64,000 nt of DNA from Guillardia theta CCMP2712. Taxonomy: Eukaryota; Protista; Cryptophyta. Under the pieces are notes generated by a model that saw only the letters and a list, made by a program, of their open reading frames with translations, did not search any database and was not told the DNA's origin. Made by a program: the position numbers and the translations under genes. The DNA is taken from positions 1-64,000 of the forward strand of contig NW_005434527.1 in the NCBI RefSeq assembly GCF_000315625.1, in the 5' to 3' direction. Positions 11,502-23,417 of the stretch are shown piece after piece; positions within the stretch are counted from its first letter, which is position 1; every line of letters starts with the position of its first letter.

Positions 11502-12769
11502 TTTACTCAAAGTTAAGTTAAAATCAGTACGAGGACAATCAGGAGAGTCGAGGAGGCTTGACCCTGACACTAGGTGTGTCCGGTACGCTACTGTCGGTAT
11601 TTTTCATGGTACAAATTTCACCGACAGTTCGTTAAATTTCACTACAACCGTTTTCAACGGTAAACGTACAGACAGTAGCCTACCGCCGACAGTTCTTATT
11701 TTTCAAATCCGATCAAAATAAGGACCACCACTTTTTACTTGACGTTCTCTAAATTTAAAACTCAAGTTTTTAAATACCCCCCTTGCGCTCCCCCGTCCAC
11801 CATCACATCGTTCCCGCCCATGAGCCCTTGTCAGGGAACTTCTATGCGCGTGGCTGCATCAGATCACTTCAGGTCCCTGCACAGGACATGCCTGGCAAGA
11901 CATCGAGACACACCGTCCTCGATGCCTCCACCGTGCCGTGACTGATGTCATCGCCTGAACTGGGAGGTTTTGCAGATTCTGAGTTGCTGAAGCGGTTTCG
12001 CCGCAGTTTAGACAGGAGCATTTCCTCGAAATGCTTGAGTCACTCAATGCCCTTGATCAGAATGGCGAAGCCATGGCTGTTGATGGTGTTCCCGGCAACT
12101 ATAATGCGATTCGGGAAAACATGGTGACAACTTCGGAGAAGACGTTCATGATACCGTTGCGAAGTCGTGCAACTCCTTGCTGCATGTGCACCTTCCTGCT
12201 AATTGTTTTAATGTGCTTTTCCCATGTTGAATGAAGTTTCCTCTCCATCTTGAAGGATTGAGTGCACGAATTGTAATAGCATCATGCCATTTGTCTCATC
12301 TCGTAATTGTTTTGATGGTACCGTCCGCAACGCATATATCTTCATTCAATGGCAAAGTTTTGATGGCATCAAGATACGGAAGTTCTGTGCGCAAGGATCT
12401 TCATCTCCATCGAATGGAGATCCCCTGATCCGCCGAGGCATGAGGCATGCGCCGGTGCCTTGTGCCATGGTGCTGCTGTTCGCACCATTGAAGCATGGTC
12501 GCCTCGATCAATTTCGTAATTTCCTCGTGTAATTTGAAACTTTTGAAATTCATCGAAATTCACATTTGCAGATAGTATAGTTGATACCGAACCTGATTTG
12601 CAATTTGCACTCTACGCAAATTTTACGGCCAGAATAACGTCACCGTCAGTAGCGTACCGGACACACCTACTGTCGCACAGGCCAAACGGCGAGAAGAGAA
12701 AAGACAGCGAGAACCAAACCTAATCCTGCCGACTGCTGTCCCCCAAACTTAACTGATACCTTCACTTAA
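11502..12769 (-). repeat. Copy of the 3'-anchored repeat split by the TIR element
   Basis: 11502-11571 and 12669-12769 rejoin into a copy of 8728-8896. Confidence 0.9.
11572..12668. mobile_element. Non-autonomous TIR DNA transposon (1097 bp, 27-bp TIRs, 3-bp TSD ACT)
   Basis: The TIR AGGTGTGTCCGGTACGCTACTG(T/A)CGGT matches at 26/27 positions. ACT lies at 11569-11571 and 12669-12671, and the empty site is visible in the 8728-8896 copy. Confidence 0.9.
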
Positions 12770-15497
12770 CCTTTAAACGACAAAATTTTTTGTCTGGAGT
12801 GTAGCGATTTCGGCAGTTTCAGAGCTGCAAGTGCCTCATGAAGGGGGTGGGGGGTAGTTGAATGAGAGATAGTACGGGGTTGATGCGCTAGTCTAATCCT
12901 GATATAAGATGGGTGGGGGTCATTTTGGAGTAGGTGGGGGTTTGCAATAATCGCAATGGTGGCGCGCGCATGCTGGCGAGGAGAGCATCCAGTTCCACAG
13001 TAGCAGCACCTCGTCAGCCTGCAGAACATCTCCACGTATTGAGAGATAGATTTTATATCAATTTCTAATCTAAGGTGAATGATATCTTGATTGTGTGAGG
13101 TACAACATTCTGTTTTCACCATTTTTTGAGCCGCCAACCGCTGTAGATTTACATTTAGAAGTACCATGCCGGATGATTTCGGTGTGCTGACTCGCTTCTG
13201 AAGCAAAGTTGATCTTGTACAAATGTTACTAAAAAGGATTCATTTCTTAGCTATATTATCTTATACCATTTCACCGATGTTGATCTTGGTGCTCCTGTAA
13301 GCAATTTCTACGCGACGCTGGTCCGCAGATACCAAATGGTCTCTTAAGAGGATCATTCTTGCTACAAAGTGAACAACAGAAGGTAGTGTACAAACCCTTT
13401 CCATTGCCACTTCGACAAATCCTGCATCTCACTCTTTTCAACCGCTGTGCATTACCCACTTGTGTACTTTGTTGGATGAAAGATCGAGCGTGGTCGTCAA
13501 CAAGTATCAGTTGGTGATCATCCAACGGCGCTTCTGCTTCATGACTGTCATCATCCACGCTGGTATCTGTGCTATCCTGTCCTCCTCTTCTTGGAATCGA
13601 TGAATCTGGACAACCTTCGTACGAATTTCTCATCAATGCTTTGGCCAGGGCGTCAGTAAACAGGAAAATCTTGTATGCATCCACTTCAATGAACCCAAGT
13701 ATCGTACAGAACATTCTGAATCTCCAGTCATCAGTTCCAACTTTTTCTTCCAGTCCCAGTCCACTCTGTCTCAGGTGATTGTGCACATCGATCACAGATG
13801 CTCCGTTGAAATATGACTTGATCATGGCCGTTCTTGGCGTTGACAGTGTTTTTTTCTTCCCTGTTCCTGGCTGGGTATCAGGCCTGCCAGGTTCATTCCA
13901 TGCATGCCCGAAAATGAACATTTCCCTGCCATTATGCTGCCATGAAGTTGATACGGTCTTCGTAGCACCTCTTGCTGCACTAGCCTCCCATGCATCCTTG
14001 TTCAGATACTATGATTGTTTTGGAAAGCCTCTGTGACATTGTTTGACCAATCCTGTGAAAAAAGTGTTCCTCTCCAACAGAGCTTGTGCAGTTGACACTG
14101 ACGCAAAAGCGGAATCTGCGTAAAGAATGTGACCCTGGTTGAAGTAAGGCTTCATCAATCTGAGAACCCATGATGTATGCTTCGGATATTGATCAGTAAA
14201 TTCTTGATTCTCCATCACTCGTTTGCCTTCTTGTAACCGTCTAGCTGCAACATAATTCCGTAGGTACACTCTGCAATGTTCTTGTACTCACTGCCAATAC
14301 CTTGTGGTTTTCGGGCAATTTTTGTTAGAAATGGGATTCCATCATCAACGTCCTTCATACAAAGTCAGTCACACAAATTTCCAACACAATATGGTAGGAT
14401 ACCTCAGCAACTGGTATCCATTTACTGGCATGCTTTCATCCAAAATCAATTCAGATCCAGGACGAATTGTTTGCAATCTGTTCGCATTGAAAGCGTGTAT
14501 AAGGGGTCGGATACAATTAAAAGCATTGTCTGTAATGTATGCATACGGAGGAGCGAATTTTATGTGCTTTCGCCATTGTTCCAATCGAAAACGACTGACT
14601 CCAAAGCGCTTACCCAAATCAACAGGCGGACTGGCAGAGTCGTAATCGCTGCCCCATAAACTCCTTATTGGACCGTTTGGATGTAGAGTTCTCATGAACA
14701 ACACCGTGACCCATGAACTGAAGCCATTCATGTACAGTGAATGGTTTCACATTTGCTGGCAAAGAATTGTCCGTCCAGAGCAAACAACATCCAGTTTCAT
14801 CACAATCTCCGAAAAAATACTTCCACGGAAGCAGAAATTTCCACTGCAATCAAATGGAGTTTTCTCGTCAAGGATCCTGCAGAGCTGGTGTCCAGCGAAT
14901 CACAGTTTTGCGCATTGCAAATCCACTTGACAGTCGTTGATCTTCTGCAACACCAGTCGGTGATAACTGCCAAACGAGGACATTTTCTCCAAAATTGCAA
15001 TTGATGGTCATAGGCGAAGAGGAATCATTTTCATGGTTTGATTCCCCTTGCATAGGGACAGGGTCATGATGAGACACCACTACATCATTAGAGCCAGCGT
15101 CATCGGACGCGGCTACATCGCGGGCAGCGGAAACATTGGTAGAATTTTGCAAATTTGGCACTGTTTCCCCAGGCAACAATGTGGATCGTTTCACTATCAC
15201 CTTTCCAGTAATCGCGACGGAGTTCCAATCGCATCTATGCACGCCCATGAGAATGCTCTTTGCAGGCCTGAAACGGCCAAAAATCTTACTTTTCACAGCT
15301 ATCTCCTGTCCTATCTCGACAACGGGTTGGTCGTTTGCAACGCGAATTTCAGCGTTGGAAAGTTCTTCCTCCCCTCTTCCTTCCCCTGCCATTTTCCCCG
15401 CCTTTATGCCCTTCCAAGGGGGCTGTATGAGGGCTCGAAAAAGGGACTCCCCGGGGAGTCCGGGATTCCCAGGGGAGGCCTTTGTCGATTTTAAAGG
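12770..15497 (-). mobile_element. piggyBac-superfamily transposon, decayed
   Basis: TTAA at 12766-12769 and 15498-15501; termini CCTTTAAA(AT)CGACAAA; encloses transposase fragments. Confidence 0.88.
13271..15392 (-). pseudogene. piggyBac DDD transposase, multiply frameshifted
   Basis: ILDESM, KPQGIG, LYADSAFAS...FFTGLVK, IDVHNHLRQ and a C-terminal Cys-rich domain (CRIC...CSLC...C...H), spread over different frames. Confidence 0.85.
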
Positions 15498-15727
15498 TTA
15501 ACTTCGAAACCACCGGTAACCCTAAAAACCACCCCTCCTTTTTACCAAATCTCATACACACTCACTTTGAGTAAAGGGACTCAGGGCCGGTCATTAGTGT
15601 CAGTGTTAACTTCGAAACCACTGGTATTCCGAGTTTACCAGCCTTTTAAGTCCCACCCCCAGACATTTCAGTGACCTCTTCATATTCGTCTCCGCATCCA
15701 CCTATCCCCACCCACCTTCCCCACAGC

Positions 15728-16858
15728 ATGTCCGCGATACCGTGGCAATGTCCTGACTGCAAGGCAAGACAGCAGCGATGAGATGCTATTACCTTCACTC
15801 TCATACTTGATTGAGATGCTTTCTTTACTCCCGTACATCTTTTCCTTTTGATCATTCACTTGCTTTGTGTTGGCAGCTCCTGCTCTTGCTTTTTCTACTC
15901 GAAGCACTTTGATGGCCTCCTGACTCGAAATGCTGCAGATCATCAATGTCGATCCTGGTACCTATGACAAGGCTACTTTCAAAGCTGGAGCCGAAGGAAA
16001 GTGCGAGAACTGCCCGAAGCTTGAAAACGATCATTATGGATCATCCAAGTTCTGCTCCGTAAGGAACCGTTCGCTCAGGGAACGATCGGCTGACATGAAT
16101 GTTTGCGTTTTTATCGGTTATTGCTTGGATGGACTGTCGATGATGCTGGATAGTGGGTAAGTGAAGCTTATGAAAGATGCAGGGGACGATTGGCTGACAT
16201 GTCCTTTGCAATGTCTGCTGTTTCTGGGTGGATGGATGAAACTTGGGCCTGACAGCGAGTAAGTAGCATATGCTATGATGCGCTCAGGGGACGATTAGGC
16301 TGACAAATTTTTCAGACCTTCGTTCTGGATGACGATGGCACCTGCAAGAAGTGTAAAGCAGAGGAGGAAGATCACGTTGGCGAAAAGAAGATTTGCCCGG
16401 TAAACCCAATCATTTCTTCAACGATGCGGTCAGGGGACGATAGACTGACATGTATTTTGCAAATTCCTGGTTTATCCTTGCTTGCATGGATCAAATTCGC
16501 CTTCGTAGGACGTAAGTGTCATATCATATGATGCGGTCAGGGAATGATTGGCTGACATGGTTTTCGTTTTTTGTTGCAATTTTTGGTTCTCTCGTCGGAT
16601 GGGTTGTTGATTGGGCTGGCTAGTATGTAAGTTACAATCATGAATGACGCGGTCATAGACTGACATGTACTTTGCAAACTCTGTCGTTGCTGCTCGGACG
16701 GATTGAACTTGGGCCTGGTAGCGTGTAAGTTATGATTATGAAATATGCGGTCACCGCATGTTTCAATCAAGATACTTATCACCTATCCAGACCCAAGTGT
16801 CCCTTTGTTTTTCTTGCAGCCATTAGGTAATGTCACAATTTGCAAATCATATATATAA
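15728..16858 (+). CDS. Small Cys/His zinc-finger-repeat protein gene with five 3-nt microexons
   Basis: Two 28-aa paralogous modules, TFKAGAEGKCENCPKLENDHYGSSKFCS (ends 16058) and TFVLDDDGTCKKCKAEEEDHVGEKKICP (16316-16399). Microexons at 16154-6, 16256-8, 16509-11, 16624-6 and 16722-4. The 5' and 3' gene ends are uncertain. Confidence 0.6.
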
Positions 16859-16877
16859 TTCAAATTAGATCCAATGC

Positions 16878-17270
16878 CTAGATTTTCACCATCTGTAAGG
16901 TCTCTTGAATAAACCTTAAAATGACATCATCTTGAACTTTCAATTGATCATCTATATCTTGAAGATATCGCATCAAAGCAATGACTGCTTCCCTAGTAGC
17001 TGCAGCTTCTATCATGGACGGAATAGCAAGAGCTGAACCAGCTAATCCGCCAAATATAGCACCAGCGACAGCTGAAACAACAGAACCAGCCAATCCGCCG
17101 CCTGCTGTGATTGCATCGGCCCCTGCCTGTGCTGCGTCTGTTGCTGCATCCCTTGATGTGCTGAAGAGATTTTAAAAGCTTCCATTTTCCAAAGCAAATT
17201 TAATTGATGATTTTTCAAGATCAAGATCATATTTCAAATAAATTAACATTCTCATTTGGTTCATGATAAA
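16878..17270 (-). pseudogene. Gly/Ala-rich glycine-zipper-like ORF with an in-frame stop
   Basis: ORFs 17172-17462 and 16878-17093 are in the same frame, separated by a TAA; GGGLAGSVVSAVAGAIFGGLAGS. Confidence 0.35.
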
Positions 17271-17618
17271 ATTTGTTGATTGGAAATTGATGATCGGCCC
17301 GACTCTCCTCCCAGGTTCCCCCCACTGTCCACCTCTCAGACCTGACTTGAGCCTCAAGCGCGAGAGGGGCCTGCGCCGGCCTCCTCCGCCTCCATGTCGA
17401 CTTCCTCCCTCGAAGGCGCTTGCCCTTCTCGCTGCCTGCTGGAGCTTCTTGTTCCCTTGCACCCGTGACCAGGACTGCTCGCCGAAATAACCTCGCTATG
17501 AAGGTTGCTTGCTCTACTTATGATCAGGCATCAAAGCGATGAGTTCTGAACTCGCTTGCTCCACTCCGTCATGTTTGTTTCATGCTTGCAAAGTAACAAC
17601 AGCCATCAGGAATCCAAG

Positions 17619-17908
17619 AGAGAGAGCGGCAGAACGAGAGGGAGGGAGGGTGGAAGGGAGAGAGCCCCCGGGAGGTGGGGAGGGAGGGGGAGAGGGAGGG
17701 GGAGAGGGAGGGGGAGACAGAGACAGAGACAGAGACAGAGACAGACAGAGAGGGACAGAGAGGGACAGAGAGGGACAGAGAGGGAGGGAGGGGAAGACAG
17801 AGGCAGAGAGAGGGACAGAGGGACAGAGAGGGAGAGGGAGGGAGGGAGGGAGGGAGACAGAGAGAGAGACAGACTGAGAGAGAGTTGGGGGGGGGGAGGG
17901 AGGGAGGC
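17619..17908 (+). repeat. GA/GGGA/GAGACA purine-rich simple repeat
   Basis: Direct inspection. Confidence 0.95.
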
Positions 17909-18316
17909 AGACTTTGGCATATAGTGATGGAGACAGACAACGAGTGGAAAGTCTCGGAGAGGAGACAAAGTCGATAGAGACTCACATGAAAGAAATGACT
18001 AACAGCCCGTGTGATCGAAATAAGTGAACGAGTGAAAATCCAAATTATTTGGTGACCCGGGGAGAAGACCGCATCCGGTCTTTGGCGGCGGAAACATGTT
18101 AGCCTTTAGACTGTTTTGTGATGATGCACAAGATTTGTTAAGGCCCCTACTTTGGCAGGAGGCTTTGTAGTCTCCCCACAACAGTCAGTTGACCATCACC
18201 TGGCTTCATTACATTTGATCCACTTTCAGTTTTCATTGATTGAAGATGTCCGATTTTGCACTATCTCAGTCTATAATAGTCCAAGAATGTAATTCCAGCA
18301 TCCCTTCCTACTTCAA

Positions 18317-20715
18317 TTAGTGTCTGTGAGAAAACGAGATGTTATGCAAGAATTCTTCACGTCCAAGTTGACCTGTTGAGTAAAAGGTGTTGGACGGCAG
18401 CCGACATTTTGATAACAGAAAAACGATGCCTCTAGTGTGTAGCAATGCGTATGATCTTGCACTACCTGTCACAGAAATTAGCTCAATGGTTTTGCAAGTT
18501 GATTTAAAACTTGCGGTAGTTCCCTTCTCCCCGTTCCCAATTTTGAAGGGTCTGTGCAAGCGGAGATTAATCACGGCATAATGAACAAATGCAGAAGTTC
18601 AACACCGCAACAAATCCTTGAAGAGTTGAGGCTGAACATTTTACAATTGATGCTCATCAACCTCAAGAATCTGTTGTACAATTCAGCCAAAACCACCAAG
18701 AATAGGCTGCTAAATACGTCAATTCATCTTGCATTCGTGATATGTCACGAGAGTCATCAGCAACAAGATTTACGAAGCAGAAAGCATTCATGGATGTTGA
18801 GTGGGCTGATTCCAGTCAGATCACAGCAAGATAAACTTAAACAAATACCATGCATGTCAATAACAAAATCCAAAGAGATCCAAGGATCATCAGCAAGTTC
18901 TTTGATCAACTACAAAACATGTCATTTTGAATACTGCCTTTCAAAGACTTGAAAAAATTCTAAAAAATCTTACCGATTTGACATGATAATTCTCCGGAAC
19001 CAGCCATTCTGCGGGATTTGCCCATCTCCAAACATTTCAGATCTTGAATCAACGAATAAATTGATTTACTGTCTGTTCAGATCAAGCCCACAAAAGGCTG
19101 TACGGTAATTTCCAAGGAAAACGCCATCAGGATTCAGCATTGGTACAATCATGAATGTGATGTGTTTTCGTAACTATAAAAAGCAGATAGTGTCATACGG
19201 ATCTCGATTGTAACAACCAGACATCATCAAATTTACGTTTCATACCAATTGAGCTAAAGGGGTTGAGCTCAAAAGAAATTCTATCAACCCATGACACATG
19301 TACGAAGCAGGTGACTCTCCAGGATGTACCTATGAATCCCTTAAACAAGAAGGAGCAAATCAAAATCATACTCTTGCTGACACAAAAACCACTCGTCTTC
19401 TTTCCCCTCTCCTGGACTTGAAAGGAAAAATCGTTAAATAAAAGGCGCCGATCCTTGAAAAAATCACTTCAATCTGGCTGAGAGAATTTCTCGTTCCACG
19501 TGGGTCTTTGCCGATCACAAGGAGATCCACCCTTTTCGACGAATTTACATCAAAATTTCGGCAAGACTGTCAAATCATACATGCCTGCGTTGCAGTATGG
19601 TTTTACACAAAAGTTCTCGTTTACAAAAAGACAGCTTTCGACTGTGTTGAAGAGCTTTCAGTTCTTGGCATCTTGGAATTCTCTGCAAACCTTTCTATCT
19701 GATATAAATATTTCTGTAGGTCGCTGTACGTATATGGGAAGGAATAGGCAAAAAAGTATTCTTCCTGTTGACTGCATGATTACCCCCAAAATATTAGAAT
19801 TTGCAAATCTGCCCACATCTTCATTGTCGAATTCAAAAATGAAAGACAGAACATAATTCATCTTGTGCTTTGGGCTCTTTTGCTTGTCAGCGTACGCACT
19901 ACCTTATAAAGGTGCTCACCTTGTAGTAAAAGCTGTTTCTAGAAGGAATTCTTTGCCAATGTGTTCGTTTAGTGGAACGTACCAAAGGTGTCATGCCTAC
20001 AGCAAGATATATCATCATCGAGTGAGAGATATCTTCAAGTGACCTTCACGATAAAGGCTCCTACCCTTCGAAAAATTTATCACATTGAAAATGCAAACCT
20101 GTAATCGCATTGAGTTATGATAAGGAACTCACACTTTCCTAGTAGGTACCTGCTTGTTTTTGACATTTGAAACGGCGAAGTAGAACCAAACTCGATCTTC
20201 GAGCGAAAGGAAGTTTAGTTACATTGCAACACCAATTGAGCATGAAAGTACGAGCATACATTTGGAATTGTTGGTGTCTCCTCGTATTTCCAAATCCCTT
20301 TTCAATCATCAAACATTCCCGATCATGTAGGATAAGACTATACAAGGTACCATTCAGCCTGTGGTACAGTTTCCCTAGCCGCATCAAGATTTCCATTCTC
20401 AAAATTACTGGCGAAACAGTCAAGTAGAGATAATTGCGCAAATTGATTGTTGCAAGAGATATGCATACCAACGAAAGAATAATTTTCCTTTTGCCTTCAA
20501 ATTTGTATATTTTCCTGTTGGATTTGTACTTGCTCCTTTTCGATTGGCTTGCGGATAGAATATAAGCTAGACGAAAGGATGGTCAAAAGCATACTTGGTG
20601 TTCCGTTCGTCAGATTGTGTTGGAAAATCGTGTCTCTGTTCGATCCCTGCTCTGTTAGCTCCTCGATTTCCTCTCCTCCCTCGTCTTCGCCGTAGACAAT
20701 GGTGACTCCGTTCAT
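18317..20715 (-). CDS. Cytosolic carboxypeptidase (M14D tubulin deglutamylase, AGBL4/CCP6-like), multi-exon
   Basis: Exons encode [35 protein letters not shown]...GNYR...DLNR and TLE. The 3' end is approximate. Confidence 0.85.
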
Positions 20716-21165
20716 GGTGATGGACGACTAATAAAAAGAGAACGTCTTTTAGTTGGTTTTTTAAATTTTACACCAGAGCTTTCCCTACCGCAGCCCTACC
20801 CCCACAAACAGATATGACACCGCGGAAAACTACCCCACCCTACCCCAGCGATCACCTTCCATGAAATCTCGCATGCTGCGGTAAGACAGAAGGAAAAATA
20901 AAGTAGAAATGTTTACTTGCTTGCTCGCTTGTCTTTTCCAAGAATGTTCCTCTCTTTCCTTCTGTCTGTCTGTCTTCTTTTTCCTTTCTTTTCGATGAAA
21001 GTTACGAAAAGCAAAGAACACACCATGTGAAGCGTGGATAGATTAAAGAATGACCCCGTGAACAAACATCTACTTGCTCCCTAATTCCTGCTAGATTGCT
21101 TGCCTTCAGTCGGAATTTCTAGATTGAGAACTTGTCTGAACCTTGTGGTTGGTAGGAACCCAAAG

Positions 21166-21808
21166 ATGACAACACGACTGTTGGTTCCTTTGCTGCTCTT
21201 GTTGCTGGCAGGATACTGCAATGCCTTTTTGTCGAATCCTCTCAGCCTCACACGAATCTCTCTCAGCACAAAAGTCTGCTCTGTCAGGCGAGAGAAGATT
21301 CATTTTGCTGGACTGCGCATGATCGAAGATACCAGCACTGATGAATGTGAAGGGCCTGCAAGGGAGGGCAAGGTCGGAAACGTTGACATATCTAACTCCA
21401 GATGGAATCAAGATGAGATCAAAACAGATGGGATAATAAGACTTACGCAGCCAGCAATCAGCCAGATTCAGAAGCTTCGTACGAACAGAGGTGAACAAGA
21501 AGTGGTACTACGCGTTGGCGTACGAGCTGGAGGCTGCAGGTATGGATAATATTTTAAGCGAGCTTTACAGTTAACTTTGAACTAGTGGCATGTCTTACGT
21601 AATGGAGTTCGAAGATGCTAAGAATGTTGATGAATCAGATACAGAGCTCAAATTTGAAGGCTTCCGTGTAGTGGTCGACCCCAAATCGCTAATGTTTATC
21701 TTCGGGATGGAGTTAGACTACAGCGATGCTTTAATTGGAGGTGGCTTCAAGTTCAGCAATCCAAATGCAGCAAGCACCTGTGGATGTGGACAATCTTTTG
21801 GTGCTTAA
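21166..21808 (+). CDS. sufA: Plastid-targeted A-type Fe-S carrier (SufA/IscA, HesB family)
   Basis: Signal peptide ending CNA-F; LRVGVRAGGC|SGMSY across an intron (~21540-21584); C-terminal NPNAASTCGCGQSF. Confidence 0.9.
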
Positions 21809-22064
21809 AGAACTAGTTGTTCAGTTTCTTAAATATCTCATCTACGATATCGCTTTTATCTTTTACGCCATACTTGCCCAAACATTTGTTCATGTTCAAC
21901 CTGTTCGGAAGAAATCTGTGAACAAGACAAAAATGTTCTATTAATCAAGTTACCTTGAACAATCTTGATCTTGTGTAGGGTTTGAAGATCTTAGGTCTTG
22001 TGTCAAATTCCTAGGCACACGAGTGTGTGATGTTGCTTTAGCACCAATTGAGAGTCAGTCAAAC

Positions 22065-23057
22065 TTACCTTTTCACGAGTGAGACCGGTCTGTGGCTGTT
22101 TGCATTTGTGCCATAACTTCCGTGTTTTACTGATTTCCCCACGACAATGCTGGACCATGCTGACTCTTGAGGTGTGGGATAGAAGCCTGTTGCTCTTGTT
22201 GATACACCTTCTGCTAGAATCTCGCGCATTGCCTCGATCAGCTTCATGTTAAACTTTACTGAATGATCTTGCTTGACGTTTAACATCACCAAGTTGTTTT
22301 TGGAAGTAGATGGAATGAAGTGCCAGACAAGATGAGGTGATGATTGACCACAACCAGGACCATCTAGAAGAATTAATAAAAAATCTTTCGCATTGATTGA
22401 CTTGATACACGCTTTTGCAAGTTGGGGCATAATCCATAGACACTCTGCTATATCCAATGCTTCACAGTCTTCCAGATCTGGAGATAACCTTTTCGGCGAT
22501 ACGCACATGTGCCCAGTATTCGAAGGACTCGAGAACAATTCACAACAAATTCGATCTGTTTCGTATAGGAGGTTCCCTTGGGATTCCTGAGAGTGTAACA
22601 TCATACACTTACGTAGCATTGAAATTAGATTCTTGGCTTTTGCAGGGCAGAGCATCTTTTCCTTCATAGTGAACAAATTCTTGTCAGATTTCCAATCTAT
22701 GTGGAAATTTGGGTTCAATTCAGAGGTGGGAATGATTTCGAAATGTGTCTGATTGTTCTCCTGACCATAGTCATGACCACTTCGGAGAAACACACCGAAA
22801 TTGGAGTAGCCCGTTGTTAATCTCAGTGCGCGCTTGATTTCGGGGAGAATCATTCCAATGGCTGAGATTGTATCTCTGTCAAAATTTTCCAAGGACGTTG
22901 TAACCTGCTTTGTAACGATGATGCAATGACCAACGCATGCAGGTTGTGGGTGCAGGATCACAAGGACACCCTGACGATCTAAAATTCTCCTTTCACTCTC
23001 GAGCCACTGTTGTGGGAGCATTGCAGTCAATGAGGGAGTTTCTGATGGACCGCTCAT
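22065..23057 (-). CDS. Protein with two HIT-like domains
   Basis: GHCIIVTK...GQENNQTHFEIIP and GHMCVSPK...GQSSPHLVWHFIP; additional terminal exons are likely. Confidence 0.65.
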   Translation of the reverse strand: MSGPSETPSLTAMLPQQWLESERRILDRQGVLVILHPQPACVGHCIIVTKQVTTSLENFDRDTISAIGMILPEIKRALRLTTGYSNFGVFLRSGHDYGQENNQTHFEIIPTSELNPNFHIDWKSDKNLFTMKEKMLCPAKAKNLISMLRKCMMLHSQESQGNLLYETDRICCELFSSPSNTGHMCVSPKRLSPDLEDCEALDIAECLWIMPQLAKACIKSINAKDFLLILLDGPGCGQSSPHLVWHFIPSTSKNNLVMLNVKQDHSVKFNMKLIEAMREILAEGVSTRATGFYPTPQESAWSSIVVGKSVKHGSYGTNANSHRPVSLVKR

Positions 23058-23417
23058 AGAGTGGTCAACAAGGTCTGATCTGTTGTCTGTATTTTCCCTT
23101 GCTGTTCTCTTCCTAGCAATAATAATATTTCACTCACGGCACCATCTCCAGACGTTATGCATCGGACCTAATCACTTTTAGAACGGTGTACCCCCAGGGT
23201 GTCGGTGAAACAGATGGGTGGCACTATGCCAAAGACGGGGTGGTGGGTCCGAGGAGAGGGTTGTCGGATAAATGGGCGGCCACAGTCAGTGAGATGAGAT
23301 GAATTGAGAGTCAGGAGAATATTGTGAATCTTAACACAAGAGCCTTTCAGATCTACGAACTACACAACAGAGGCTGAGTATGTTTGCCGTGATGAAAAAC
23401 ATATAGCTACTCTTTGG

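Noticed and set aside
15444-15461. 18-bp palindrome GGACTCCCCGGGGAGTCC
   Set aside because: It lies in the piggyBac subterminal region, where such motifs are expected
16059-16760. CRISPR-like repeat-spacer array
   Set aside because: The repeats are degenerate and carry splice donor, branch and acceptor signals, the spacers are related to each other, and there are no cas genes. Introns explain the pattern.
17539-17985. ORFs across the GA microsatellite
   Set aside because: Low-complexity artefacts
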